From Azolla caroliniana (Eukaryota > Plantae > Polypodiophyta), in assembly GCA_043228905.1 (NCBI GenBank), contig JBHGNT010000013.1, positions 3,658,001 through 3,722,000 on the forward strand: a DNA stretch of 64,000 bases, given 5' to 3'. A model generated the notes under the pieces. That model was not told where the DNA came from, made no database searches, and worked only from the letters and a program-made list of their open reading frames with translations. Positions 11,721 through 26,118 of this stretch are shown here, in pieces; position 1 is the stretch's first letter; each line of letters opens with the position of its first letter. The translations under genes were made by a program, and so were the position numbers.

Positions 11721-14655
11721 AAATAAGGTGAGTGCCCTAGTTTTGCTTTCTGGTGCTATTGGACAACTTGCATTAGGATTAGAAATTTTCCTGTACTGAT
11801 ATTCTCTTCTTTCATTAAGATATGTATAAACTTTACATTAATGGATCTTTAACTAAAAATTCTATTTAGTGATGGCCAATTACTATGCATCAGTGCACAT
11901 GTTTCCAAACAGATTACATACTTGTGGCCCAGGTTTGCTTTCTGGTGTTATTTGACAACTTGCATTATAATTAGAATATTTCCTGTATTGATATTCTCTT
12001 CTTTCATTAAGATATATAACGTTCTTGTTAATGGATCTTCCAACTAATAATTTGATTTACTAATGGCCAGTTGTTGTTCATTTGTACACATGTTCCCAAA
12101 CACATTACAATATTGTTCCTCAATTGGTAGAGTTACATTAATGATATTTGCCTCTTATTATTTATAGCATTGTAGTATTGTTTTTTATTTGGCTTGATTA
12201 AGATAATAAACTTTTCATTAATGGGCTTAAAAATCATTCCAAATAATATGGATAAATCATGTGGACAAAACATTATTGTATGAAGCATTTCATAGTTTTG
12301 GCTCCAACATCGTGGATGTAATGCTTATTCATGAATGTTAATCAAATTCTAGGATGCTACAACGACTAAGTCTCTAATATTTATATTGGGTCTCTTGCCT
12401 AGAAAAGCATGAATGAACCAATTGCACAAGAATAATACAATGTTGGATAAAACCAGATTTCTCTTGGAAAACAAATTGTCATTACTTGTTTCATCTAGTT
12501 ATTGTCAATGGGATTGAACAACAACAACAAAATTGTGTGTCTTTTATGATGCAAAGCAAGTCGGCAAGGTAGCTCAAAAATACATGTTGAGAAACCTTAT
12601 GATGGATTATGTGCATGGTTATATTTTCCATTTGTTGAGAGAGTATTCAAAGCATTAGGAGTTCAAGCTTGTAGTCCTTTGAGGTGCACAAATGTTGTGT
12701 GAAAAAACTATATTTTGCTTTGTTGATGATCCAAAGACGAGAGATTTTCTCAAGATCTTAAAGCAATGGTTTCAAATATGCCACCTTGTATACTCCCCCG
12801 TTAGGATCATCAATATGTATATACAAGATATTGAGCTCCAAAGGGAGCAAAATGCAAAGAAACTTTGGGGTGGGGAGAAAAAACTTCTATAAAAATAAAT
12901 GTTCATTATCTCTCGTCTGTTTCATTTTGTCATGAAAAGTATACTTGATTTCAAACAAAACATTGCTTGTAAATTAAAAAAACAACACCTATTAGGCACA
13001 ATTGAATCACAATTCTTCTAGGTGAACAATTTAGCATGGGTTTGACCATGAAATGTTCATTGACAACATGAAAAAGGAGGGACATGAATTGATATGATGA
13101 GTTAAGGTCTTTCAATTTACTAGAACTCTTGGATGACCTAAAGTCTTCCAATTTACTAGAAGTCAATAATTACGTGCAATTATTGTTGAAATCTTTGTAC
13201 TAGTGTTAGGGTTAGCATGAGAATACACAGACACACATAAGAGAGAGAGAGAGAGAGAGAGAGAGTATCCACAACAACCTACTATATTTAGAAATACTTT
13301 ATGGGTTTATATAACCTTGATTACTAAAAATGTGACTAACCCTGATACTGTTTACATGATGGTCCCTAGCTAAGGTCTGTTCACACACACATCCAAGGTT
13401 ATATCTCTAATAAAATCCGCACTATGGACGAAGTATTTATGTGCTCTTGGGTCGAAGCATGCTACGGTGTACCAACTTTTGGCCAAAAATTTAGTACTAA
13501 ATCGAGGAAGAAAATAAACATTAAAAATTGAAAATAAAACAATTATCATCTATTGAATGGTGTTCAATTTCAAATAACAAATTCATTACGTCACACTCGA
13601 ATGTACAAAGATAATATACGTCACACTCGAAATGTCCCAAGGCCGTATTTAATACATTAATTGTAACTTCATTCTCCTAGGTAGAGTTGTACGAAAGCAC
13701 ACCTGGAGAAGGTTTGGAATGTGATAGTTGGTCAGTCTCAGTCTCAGTCTCTCTCTCTCTCTCTCCCTCTCTCTTTTCTGTCTCGAAGTTGTCAGACAGA
13801 TAGAGGCAGAAAGTTAGAAAGACGACACATATCTATTACCTATCTCTCTCTTTCTCTCTCTCACTCCACCTTTGAATCTCTGTTTCTTTCTTTCTTTCTG
13901 TTTCTCTCTCTCACTCCACCTTCGATTCTCTGTTTCCCCGCGTAGTTGTTGTGTTCCCCTCTGTGCCACGTTCCATCTCTGTCTCTGTATATGCAGATAT
14001 TTCTGTTTCCCCGGATTGATATTGTTGTTGTTGATTTTCTTTCCTTGTGTATGCTCGTTTGTCTCCTCTGTTAATGCTCGTTTGTCTCCTTTGCAGCAGC
14101 CTCGTCAACAACCTCTTGCATATAGGTGATTTTGAAGGCTTGGTGTGCTCCGAAGGTGTGGTACCTCTACCTTCAACCTTGGCTCCATCTGCATCCAACT
14201 GGTATGTTATCGTTTTCTCTTTGTTTCTTGTCGGTCTGTTTGTAATTTGTATGTGTATGGGCATTTTTAGGTTTTGATTATTCATAGTCTATGTGTTGCA
14301 TGCCCAACTGGTATGTTTCCATTTTCTTTGTGTTTCCTGTCTGTCTGTTTTTAATTTGTATGTGTTTGACATGGATGAGTTTTCTTCCGACTGTTTAGGG
14401 TCGTTGTGTGTTTGACATGGTTTGTACATGCAACTTAGATGGAGTTGGCTATGATGAGTTGCTATGTTTTCGTTTTGTTGGTATGTTTTCGTTTTCTCTG
14501 TGTTTCTTGTCTGTCTGTTTTTAATTTGTATGTGTTAGACATGGATGAGTTTTCTTCCGACTATTTAGGGTTTTTGTGTGTTTGACATGGCTTGTACATC
14601 CAATGTGATGATTTGCTATGTGTTGATGGTAATTTGATGAGTTTTATTCTAGTAC

Positions 14656-17600
14656 ATGTATATTCATTCAACGAGAATAGTGATGACTAGGACAATGACG
14701 AGAAGGACACCTATAAAGAAGACATTGATGAAAGAGAAAGTGAAGACACCAATGAAGGAAGGAAAAAGGACACCTCTCAAAGAAAGAAAGAAGACACCCA
14801 CAAGAGAAAGGGTGATGAATTCATCAACACAGAGAAAGAAGATGTACCACTCCATCATTCGAGACACACCTCTCGAATGGAGTTATTTCCTTCAAGCACG
14901 ACCGGAAGTTTATCCTGAGCTGAGAGAGTGGTTGATAAAAACTTGGGGGTCAGCACATCCCGATACAAGGCGAGGATTCCACATAGGTGGATTGAAGAGG
15001 GAATATGTCAACTTATTGAAGACGAGATATGAACATGTTTATGATACAAATCAAATCTATAACAATGAGGTGGGTACTGTTTTTGCACGTGCATTTGCAT
15101 GTGAAGTTCAGGGTGGCATCGACGTAGATTGGGAAGATTTTAATCGGCACCGGTCAGAACATTATAAAGGGTCCTCCAGTACCAACACTAGCTTGAAGTC
15201 ATCGGGAACCTCTCATGTGGATATTCCAGCTACAACACTTGTCCACCAAGTTCAATCTGCAAAGTTACGGGCCAGAATGACTGAAAAGAATGAACAGATG
15301 ATGGCCAGTTGCATAGCATCTATGAGCTCAAGAATACAAGCACTACTTGCTGATTTGGAAGCAGTTAAATCGGCTGAGATACAGGTAGAAAAGAAATTCT
15401 CTTCATTAAAGACTACATATGAATGGATTGCATCGACAATCCAAAATTCAGAAAGGGAGGTGTTGAAAGAGGAGTTGAACAAAGAGCTAAACAATATGGG
15501 CACTCAATTAGGTTCACAGATGAGAGACCTTGATACTTGCAGGAATGCACATTCCGAAATAGATAATAAGTTGTCAGCTTTAAAGTTGCAATCCGAGAAC
15601 CTTGCGTGCTTGATGCAGGATTTAAAAAAAAAAGGTTTTGAAACTTTGTGTCCATCTGTAATTGAGCACCCAAGTGGTATGGAAAGTACCATTACTAGTA
15701 TAGCTATATCACGGTATTGGCTTTAAAAGTTATTTATTTCTACTTCTGTGGTATAAATATCATATTAGCTAATATATTATAACTTGTGTTTGCAATCTGC
15801 CAGGTGTATATTTTGTGGCCTCGGATTCAAGCTGGAGGCTATGGATGTTGTGATTACACTGTGCTTGCACACATATCATGTGCTATGTGCTAAGTATCAT
15901 TTTGAGAAAGAGAATACATGTATGGATTGTAAAACTACAATTGCGGCTGAGTGGTACTATGCTTGGGGTTTAAAAGTACACCCGTACGGTATGTGGCTCT
16001 ACTATTCTATTGTTTGTATTATATGATGTCAATTTACATTTGGATTAGAACTAGTGTATGCCACAATTCATACTTCAAATTTAGAACAATGGATTAGTAT
16101 TAGTGTATCTCTAACAACTAATATGTGGAACCCTAATTATGTGGGTTAATATTGGCAATACTCTTAATATATAATTGGTATGTGTTGTTGAAGGGATATT
16201 TTCCAGAATTAGTACTAAAAGGGAACCAGGTACAACATCGTCCAATCTATATTGCAACTTGCCTAGTACTAGTTTAGTAGACACTATACTTGTAGTACAC
16301 TGTTGACTGTTAGTATTGTTTGTGTAACTTGGGAATTAGTACTAGTTATGTAATTTGGGAACTAGGTGTATAGTAAATTGTTGAATATTAGTACAGTTTG
16401 TGTAATTTGGAAATGAGGTGTGTCAAACACATATCACGTTTAGTACTAATACTGTTCAAGATTAATATTGTTGGTGTAATTAGTACAAGTTATGTAATTA
16501 GGTGTGTAGAACACATATCACGTTTAGTATTACTTGTGTACAAAATACCACATTAGTACTAAAATCCAATCTACATTTGTTGGATTAGATGTTAGTCCAA
16601 TCTATATTACAAAATGCCTAGTACTAGTGTTAGTACACATTATACTTGTACATTGTTGACGATTAGTACTTAGCGAGTAGTACATTGTTCATGATTAGTA
16701 CTAGTTTTGTAAATTGGGAACTAAGTGAGTAGTACATTGCTCATGATTAGTACTAGTTTTGTAAATTGGGAACTAAGTGAGTAGTACATTGCTCATGATT
16801 AGTACTAGTTTTGTAATTTGGGAACTAAGTGAGTAGTACATTGTTCAGGATTAGTACTCCTTGTATAATTTGGGAACTAAGTGAGTAGTGCATTGTGCAT
16901 GATTAGTACTACTTGTGTAAATTGGGAACTAAGTGAGCAACACATTGTTCATTATTAGTACTACTTCTATTCCTTATTAGTACTAGTTCAGTAATTTAGG
17001 AACTAAGTGAATAGTATATTGTTCAGGATTAGTACATTGTTCATGATTAGTACTATTTGTGTAATTTGGCATCTTAATTCTCATTTGAGAAAGTGTTGAA
17101 TGCCTAGTTTCTTTAGAAATAGAGCCAACTAAGAAGAGGAATGTTGCAAGAATGTTGTATGGAAAGGGCAAGAAAGGCAAAGTTGAATGCAATGGTGAGT
17201 CATATATGTTCTCACCTGTCTGGAGAGTTGTCAACCTAATGCATTGTCTAATACCATGTACTTGTGTTACTAGCTGATGACGAAATGATCTTTGGTGAGG
17301 GAGATACGACTCCAAAACCTAATCGTGAAGACGAATTTATCACACTCCCAGGTATACGTCAAAAGCCGGTTTTTGAAAACAATGATTTAGATCATAACAA
17401 CCCTATGATAGTGTTGCTTTTGGTGCATTCTATAGATCATAACAACCTGTTGAGCACTTAGATGTTGTGGAGAAGATGACCGAGCCTACCACTTGCAATG
17501 GGGTATCTACGGTTGTACAGTATGACGATGTAACAATAGGTAAAAAAGTGGCTCTTAACCCTACGTTCATTGTTGTTGATATGTTTGCAAACTTTTGAAT

Positions 17601-18589
17601 ATGTGAGTTGATACTAATATTCTTTGGAATCCCATTATTTAGGTTTACAAGAGCTGTCTGATTCCCAATTGCAATCAAATGAATCGAGAACTATATGGAG
17701 CACAAGTGCAGAGTCAGATTCTGGGATTAACCTTTGCATGAAGGCAGACTCTGGAAGCACATCTTCCACACATGAGGACTGTGAGAAAAACGAAGCATTC
17801 ATATTTGAAGAGCAGCTGGCATGTACAAACAATAATTTGTCTAAAGAAGCCCATGAGGAGTGTGGAAAGAATATGGCAAGTACTGAAGAGGAGACAGATT
17901 GTACTGAGAATGTATCTGTAGTGTCTAAAGAATCCCATGAGGATTGTGGAAAGAACATCGCTAGTACTGAAGAGGGGCCTGATTGTACCGAGAATGTGCT
18001 ACTAGTGTCTAACGAACCCCATGAGGATTGTGGAAAGAACATCATTACTAATGAAGCGGAGCCTACTAGCATCACCCATGAGGACCAGGCAATAAAGACC
18101 ACCCAAGAAGGGGAGCACGGTTCTCTTAAGAATGAGGTGATAGCCACCGTACAAGAGGAGTTGACTCAAGAAGGAGAGCACAGTGGTCTTAAGAATGAGG
18201 TGACTATGACCAGCCAAGAGTTCGCAAGGAGTATTGTTGTAGCCCATATACAGGAGCCTAATTGTACTGAGACTGAGCATACTAGCAACAACATGAGTAC
18301 TAAAACAACCCACATTCAGGAGATGAGTGATAATTTTTCTATCGACAGTACCTTTGTGGATGTGTGTACAAGCATTGCAATTGCAGAAAACACAGTTGCT
18401 CTCTCAAGCTTGCCACTAGTACAAGGTGCCCGTGCATCCACGCCTGTCTCTGATGCCTCTGATGATGAAGTGCCACTTAGTCAGTTGATACCTAAAGGCT
18501 TTAAGATAAAGAAGAATGTAAAATCAGAAAAAACTGGCACCAACAACAAGCGCATTAGAAGATCAGCCAAATTGCCCTCTAGTGCTTGA
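14656..18589 (+). CDS. Multi-exon accessory gene of the Sola2 element: unknown globular domain, coiled coil, RING-H2 finger, acidic repetitive tail (exon structure approximate, may be decayed)
   Basis: ORF 14656-15726 (conserved-looking YEHVY..NNEVGTVFARAFACE..VDWEDF block plus coiled coil); exon about 15803-15988 CIFC..CLHTYHVLC..CMDC = C3H2C3; ORF 17624-18589 with HEDCGKN repeats; GT-AG boundaries visible. Confidence 0.6.
16660..17070. repeat. 52-bp tandem array rich in the palindrome TAGTACTA, in an intron of the accessory gene
   Basis: GGGAACTAAGTGAG recurs at 16716, 16768, 16820, 16872 and 16924; degenerate copies extend left to about 16200. Confidence 0.9.
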
Positions 18590-19151
18590 TTGTCTTTCGA
18601 TTGTACTTGAACTTTAGCTGAACTGTTAGGGAGGTGAGAAATTGAACTATTTGGTATACCAAAATACTGTCTCATTTATCTGAAATAGTTATACCAGTGT
18701 CTTTCGATTGTACTTGAACTTTAGCTGAATTGTTAATGATGTATGAAATTGAACTATTTGGTATACCAAAATCCAGTAGTTATACCAGTGTGAAATTCTA
18801 TATTGCCAATTGCAGAGAATGAAAGTGTATTCTATTGTTAACTCTTGTAGTGTAATCTGAATTTCTATATTGCTAATTCTGAAATGATCTTTGGTGAGGG
18901 AGGTACGAATTTATCACACTCCTAGGTACACTCCCATGCAGCCATGATTGTGTTGATTACAAATAAAATTCTATATTGTTAACTGAGATGTTATATATAG
19001 TTCGTTATACTAGATGAAGATTTAGAAGACTGGTATATACTGTCATGCAACCGAACTTTAAATCAGATGTATGTATCCGTCTAACTGAGATACTTTGGGA
19101 GACTACTATGTATTACTTAATACTTGCAATTGACATTGGGAGACTGCTATG

Positions 19152-20771
19152 AAATAGTGTATCATGCTTTTTATCATCTGAAATGTAAAATATTGATTTC
19201 TTATGTAACTCACCGTCTTGCCTCCAATAGCAAATATGTACAAGTATTGTACATTGATCATTGTACCAATACATTGATTGAACCTCATTTTGAACTTTAA
19301 ATGTATAGTTTTTTGCAAAGTCAATAACGGATACGATGACACCCGTTGGTAAGTTATTAATACATTCCTTGAACTGTGAATTTTGCCAATAACTCCGGAA
19401 GTTATGTGGAATGAACTCCCCAAGTTGTTTCTTAAATTCTGAGACAAGGGTAGCAGCACATGTCTCCTTATATACTTCCTTGATACGCTTAGTTACAAGT
19501 CCCTTGCCAATATTTTCAGTCACATACTCTAAATATTTCCATTTCACAATATGATTGTTTCCCAAATCAAGCTCATGCCTACAAAATAATGGTAGCGGAC
19601 AAACCTTACATGTTCTTAATAGACATGTACGACGATGCCACTCACATGATGGTTCTTTTTCACAAACACAAGACCTCCATAGCTCAGAAACAGGTGCATA
19701 AGTCATGTTTCGTGCATTACACCTATTATCCTCCCCATTTGGTTTACAAACCTCACAAGTGAAGACACATAATTCCCCGTGTATACCCTTAGAATCAGTA
19801 CGCATTGCATTCACTCCTAGCCTTAACATGTCCATCTTCACGTGGTACACACAACAACATGTATTCCTCTCATTTAATTTTCTAACATAAAATGGTTTCA
19901 AACCTTGGAACTTGCGGAATCCAATAGTCAAGCTTGGATGTTTGTCTTTAAAGTTCATGTACAGTTCAGCCTACATCAACCAATATATATATAGCAAACA
20001 TTAATATACACTTGGTCAAAACACAAATTTATGGAATGTGAATTGATATAAAAAAATGGAATACCTCTGTCATCTCCAAGAAGTGTCTAGGGTGAATGTG
20101 GTACTTACCCTGACTTATTCGTTGTCTACACACGTCCTTCTTATTTGGTGAGACACGCGTATTTTTGGCCCAAAATGAATCCACTTTCTCAATAATATCT
20201 TGAGATAAGGCATCACATCGTCGTCTATGTCCCAACCCCAGCCACTTGAATTGGCTTGAGTGTATATTTTGGCGATGTTTCCTCAAGTTCCTTCTTTGAA
20301 TACCCAAGGCTAAGGCAACTTTAGTATCACTATATTTTTTCTCTCTCGCACCGTTCACAACCATGTGTAGGGCTACCCTCTTTGCAGCAAGTTTGTCTAT
20401 GCTCTCTAGACCTTTCACTAAGTCTAGGGATGACTTCATAGACTCTACAATCTCTTCTGAAACACATTGGTCCCTAAATTTTATTCTCTCCATGTCTTCA
20501 TTCAAACGTTGATGGTGTAACACTCTACATATAATATCCCTACGATCCTCTTCACTAAATCTCTTTGTTATTTCTACCAAATAACGGACTATGTGAAGAA
20601 CCACTTGTCTCTTGGTCCTTTCAGATATACATGAGTTACTTGACAACTCACTCTCATTGGGGACCCCCATTTGGTCACTAGATTTATCCAAAAAAAGTAA
20701 GTGTCCGGCGAGAGTAGTTAATGTTATATAGACTACATTAAGAAAACATAGTCAAATGTTTTTAAATGTGG
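19152..20771 (-). pseudogene. Sola2-like DDE transposase, C-terminally truncated
   Basis: FWAKNTRVSPNKKDV, intron 20064-19971, LKPFYVR..RNTCCCVYH, IDFAKNYTFKVQNEVQSMYW..QCTILVH..ISDDKKHD, then an abrupt end at about 19152. Confidence 0.8.
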
Positions 20772-21949
20772 CCTGCAAAGTGAGAAATAATTTGTTTCGA
20801 ACATTAGAATTACGGATCAAATATGAAAATTGTAAAATCTAAAAATTTAGTATTGAAAAATGAAGAAATGAAAAATTGTAGTCCTAAAAATAAAAAAATG
20901 GATGGAAGGAACCTCCAATGGTGGCGGGAGCGTTGATTCAGTGTGATATGGCACCTCGATTTGCTGGAAGGAACCTCAAATGGTGGAAGCACGATGTACA
21001 AATTTGACAATTGTAAAATCTAAAAATTTAGTACTGAAAAATGAAGAAATGAAAAATTTTAGTCCTGAAAATAAAAAATTGGATGCAAGGAACCTCCAAT
21101 GGTGGCAGGAGCGTTGATTCTATGTGATGCCGCCTCGATTTGCTGGAAAGAACCTCCAATGGTGGAGGGCGCCTTGATTCTTTGTGATATGCCGCCTGGA
21201 TTCGGTGGAAGGATCCTCGCCTCGATGGAAAAAGGCCCAAATCACCACAACATAAACTACAATCGGTGGAAGTAAGAAAGTCGTTGTCGAAGAAGTCACT
21301 ATTGGCTGTTATAAGAGGCCTCAGAACAGTCTCTGTTCCTCAACCTAAACCCTAACAAAAATAGAAACCCTAAAAAAATCACAAATCCTTAACTCAAAAG
21401 CTCCAACCTGACATGGATGTTTGAGATTTGCTCCCTAAACCCTAACAAAACTCTTAGATTGGAGGAAAAGCAGAAACGTGACATGGATGTCTGAGATGAA
21501 GAGCTCAGAGGGATAGAGGAAGAGGAGTATGAGGGGAACCGCCAATAACGACGTGAGGGGAAGCGCCAAAATCGACGTGAGGGGAAAATAGCCCCCAAAA
21601 TGGAAAGAACATCTCCTCACGTGTTCCCCCCACTCGTTGTAGTAAATGACACTTGTACTACAGTCACCCCACTCTCCAAAATCGATTTTTTTTTCTTTGA
21701 TTTTTTTTTCTGAATTATTGAATACTAACAGTATCGAAAGTACTGACAATTTTTGTGGCCAAAAATAGTACTTTTCTAGTACACCGTAGCGTGCTTCCAC
21801 CCTCTTACAAAATCCCCACTATGAGCTAAATGTTATGTGATATTGCTATACTACAAGCTTGTTCTGGCTAGCTCTCCATTTGCGATTGTTTGCCATTGTA
21901 CCTTGAGTCCTTTTCTGAACTCCTCATGCTTGTCCGATCCTACATCCGT

Positions 21950-24090
21950 GATGTGTTGTCTTGTGTTTACATGGACAAGATTAATGTTGCAAGAACCCAT
22001 TCTCTAATGAAGTGATAATGTATTTTAATGTGCTTCATGAAACACAGGGTTCTTAGCAAGTTGAATACTACTCATGTTGTCATAGTATATCGTTGTTGTG
22101 CTTGGTGCTTTGATCCCTAGATAAAGTAGAAGACGCTTAAGCCAAACGACTTCAGAAATAACTATTGGGGGTCCTCTGTATTATGCTTCTGTGTTGGAGA
22201 ACACAACCATTGGTTGCTTCTTGCTACTCCGCAATACTACTTCGCTACCTAGTGATAATATGTATCCGTTAGAAGATCTTCTTTCTAATGGGCTTCTTGC
22301 CTAGTCAATGTCAGTGTACACACTTAACCCAATTAGTGCTAATGTGCCCTACCAAACTCCAAAGTCCGTTCTAGACTTAACATGCCTCAAGATCCTCTTG
22401 ACACAATCTAGATGGGGCTTTTGAGGGTTCTGCATGACTTGACTCACAAGGCGCACCACAGAACTCAAATCTGGACAAGTAATCAAGAGGTAGATCAATC
22501 CAACCACGATCTTCAAATACATGGTCAAGTCCTCAAATCTTGATCCAACATCTACATGGATATTTGTGTTTTGCTCTAGATGGTTGGATATCCCTTTGGA
22601 GTCCACCATGCCAAATTTCCTCAACAGTTTCATGACATATTGAGCATATCATTGTCATCCCTTACTTGTTGTTCAACCAGTATCGAGCGTATCATTGTCA
22701 TTTTGGCAACTGGTGCGAACGTTTCTTCATAATTTATACCTTGAGTTTGGGCATAGCTTTTCACTACTAGTTGTGCTTTGTGTCGAGTTATTGCTTTGTC
22801 ATAATGTTTGGCCATGTAACCATCATTCAATACCTCTATATTGGATTACTCAAGCATGTTGATTTCTTGAGTTGTTGGATGGTCATTTCCAATGCTTTCT
22901 TCATTCCTAGAGTTTGCATTGCTTGTGCCTCCAAGCCCTTGTTCGAGGAATCCTCCGACTCGCTTCTGCATTCAATATGACAGTGCACCATTTCATACTC
23001 CTTTGTTTTCTCATTTTCATAGCGCTTTGTGTATGAGCCGCTACTCATAGAACTACTCTTTGAGCTTTCTGGCGGCCTCTTGCTTGGCCCACTCAAGTCA
23101 TTTAAGACTTCTCTAGCCTCGCTAGCCGATCTATGAGCCGGTTGACTAGTCGAATTCCTAGTCAATCCACTACTTTTTAGTTACTAGGTTTGCTAGTGTC
23201 CAATAATCAACTATTGCTAGCACCATCTTGGTCAGAGACTTCTTCGTCCAAGTCTACACTTGGTTCATTGATGAACCAAGAGCTCTCCTCATCGAACCCT
23301 ACATCTCTACTTGTATGCATCTTCTTGGTTATTGGGTTGTAGCACCTATAGTCCTCCTTCTCCTCTGAATATCTAATGAAGATGTGCCTCTCTACCTTTG
23401 TGTCCAGCTTGTTCTGAAAACTTCCATTGGAATATGCACATAGGCTATTGACCTAAACACTCTTAGGTGTGAGAGGTTTGGTTTCCTCTTGTAGAAGTTT
23501 TCCCCGGGAGTGGTCTTCTGCTCACCCTTCTATGATACAACTATTGATGATGTATAGTGAGTGTTCACTATTGCCGCACAGTAGTACTTACACATCTTCT
23601 TTTCTTCGATCATCGCTTGAGTGATTTTGATGATTGTTTTGGTTCTTCCACTCCGCCATTATGTTTTGTTGTGCCATATACTATAGGTGTGCTACCCTTG
23701 AATTCCTTGCTTGTTCAAGAAGTCTGAAAATTTGCTAGAAAAATACTCTCCTCCGTTAGATTTGAGGCAACATATCCATTTGCTTGCTCGCTTCTCTCTT
23801 CAGTTTCATAAAATAAACCCAATGCATGTTCGCTTTGAGAAGTCGTCTGTGAAGGTGATGTAGTATTTCAGTCGACTAATGAATGGACTATTGAGAGGCA
23901 TGTAGACATCCGAGTGTATTAGTTCAAGGACACTCTCGTTTTGGCTTCCTTCTTTGGGGTGTTTATTTTGCTTCCCTAGTTGACAAGCTTCATATATCCA
24001 TTCAAACCTAAGATTCTTGAACCTCTGCAATCCATTCACCGCATCCTCTCACAATGTTGTGCTCAACGTCACCATGCTGATGTGGCCTAT
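21950..24090 (-). pseudogene. Degenerate copia pol (integrase, RT, RNase H fragments)
   Basis: LELIHSDV, YYITFTDDFSK, INYEETFAPVAKM, LIYLLITCPDLS, HLDCVKRILRH. Confidence 0.85.
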
Positions 24091-24094
24091 CATT

Positions 24095-24885
24095 AATAGG
24101 AAGATCAAATGAGGACATAATCCAATCGTAAAAGCACTTGCAAAAGAATGGGACGGAAAGGTCAAGATTTGGCCGCAGATGCCTGTGTATGCACTATGGG
24201 CGGATTGCACAACACATAGTTATGTGACCGGTTATATGCCAACGAAACTTATGACCGGACAAACTCTGGTAATGGCTACGGAAACCACAATTGCGACATG
24301 GACGGTGCTACCATGGAAGGAAGAGATGAGTCAGGAAGAACTACTAGTGCTTCTAATGCGAGAACTAGAAGGAAAAACTGAAGACATAATAGACGCGGTA
24401 CGCCGACAATAAGAAGAGCGATTTTAGAGCAAACATCGATTCAACAAAAAGCTACGACTTTGACCATGGAAGATCAAAGAAGGGGATTGGGTGATAGTCT
24501 ACAACAGTAGTTTGGATCATCAGCATAGCTTGATACGGAAATTTGCTAAAAGGTGGTTCATACCATACGAAGTTTGAAAGGTATTCGGCAATGGAACTTA
24601 CTAACTATTTGAACTTGATGGAGAACTATTGTGGGTGCCTATAGCAGGGAAACGAGTGAAGATTTTCAAGAAGTGAAGAGAAGTCGAACACTACTTAACT
24701 TTCGATAAAACCGACACAAAGGAACAATCAGACATGGATCATGGAGGTGCGGAAAGCAAAAAAAGTGAGCTAGAATTAATAATCGACATAGGGGGAGAAA
24801 CAGAGGGTGCTACGGATGAAGGAAGTTACAAGCACCGCCAACTTTGGCACAAAACCAAGGAAGTGCAAGTCCAGAAGGGGTGAGT
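24095..24885 (+). pseudogene. gypsy integrase relic related to the 878-8858 family
   Basis: YALWADCTTHSYVTGYMP, EGDWVIVYNSSLD, RKFAKRWF; ends in a purine tract. Confidence 0.8.
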
Positions 24886-25051
24886 TTCATAGTGTGCTTT
24901 GTACACTACATAAAATATGTATGGAGTACCTGATTGATTAAGTATAAGGAAATAGGAGAAAATACTAAGGTCGGAGCCCACATATGCCTCAGTCCTCGCA
25001 AAACCATATGCAAGGGAGTCATATAATGTATTTTTAACCAATACTCTAACT

Positions 25052-25330
25052 GTGATGGAAATCGACACTACACGTCGTCGCGGCCCATTACCGGAAGAGG
25101 AAAAGCAGCGGTGCCAAGCAAATCGACTATGTCTTTATTGCGGTGGACCGATGCATATTGCAATGAACAGTCCTTATAGGCCACAGAGACAGGTAAATCA
25201 AATAGCTGCTAGTACTAATAGTACTAAACCCGAGTCTATTTCATTAGAGGTGTCTAATAGTCCTAATAGTCCATGCCTATCAAACAAATTTGAAGTCCTT
25301 AGTCAACTAGGAGAAGAGTTAAACGACTAA
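25052..25330 (+). pseudogene. gypsy (chromovirus-type) gag zinc-knuckle fragment
   Basis: MEIDTTRRRGPLPEEEKQR..NRLCLYCGGPMH. Confidence 0.7.
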
Positions 25331-25444
25331 GTCCAGCCAAAATAGGAGTCGTTTGGTTGGACAACCCTAGATCTGTGCAACCCATTAGTGGTTCCATTCC
25401 CTTTAAACAAGTTAGCAATCTCATCCTATCTCAAGTAACAATTA

Positions 25445-26118
25445 TGTTGAGTGAACAAGCTCAACCAGATTCGGATCGGCTGAATAAGCCAGAGTCCGAT
25501 CAGAGTCCGAAACAAAGAACTGGATAGCATGTATCCGGAACTAGGAGCCAGATCGGAGAGACGGATCGGATTGTAAACGGTATGCCGTTAGAGGTCTACG
25601 AATCTAGCCTAGCATGTAGGCATATTCTTTGGGAGTCAATGTTAGTCACTCGTATGAGCATTGACGTACTTCTCAGTCCTTTAAAGGACTTGTATAAATA
25701 GTGTTGTTGAGCATATTGTATGTACATAAAAGTTTTTAGTGTTTTTGGAATATATACGTTTCTGTGTTCTACGTTCTGCTCTAACTCTGTCTCTCTCGTG
25801 TAAGGTTTCCATTAAACCCGTGTCTGTATTCCTTTGCTATCCGGACAAGTCAGTTTTGTCTTAGCTTCCATAATCACATTCTTTTACATGGTATTAGAGC
25901 ACGAGGGTTGAGAACCTTGTAGTCGACAAGCGTTTTTTTTCCTGAAGACAAACCCTAACCACCCTGCAAAGAAAAGAGAAAAAAGAATATGGACCGAGGA
26001 ATGACTAGCTTGCTCTTGATAGAGAAGCTCGACATATCCAACTACGCATCTTCGTCGTACAAGATGCACCAGTACCTGGTTGGGCATGGCTATTGGAGTT
26101 TTGTTATCGGAGCCAATT
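25445..26118 (+). mobile_element. copia 5' LTR (25445-25888), PBS-Met and start of gag, truncated
   Basis: TGTTGAG...TTTTACA followed by TGGTATTAGAGC; TATAAATA in the LTR; gag start IEKLD.SNYAS.SYKMHQYLVGHGYW. Confidence 0.85.

Larger units (their letters stand above)
13449..21802. mobile_element. Sola2-type DNA transposon (internally deleted transposase, second accessory gene)
   Basis: TIR GGGT(C/G)GAAGCA(T/C)GCTACGGTGTAC at both ends (24 bp, 2 mismatches); TCTT duplicated at 13445-13448 and 21803-21806; GRG termini and a 4-bp TSD match Sola2; DFA(E/K)NY-type transposase inside. Confidence 0.85.
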
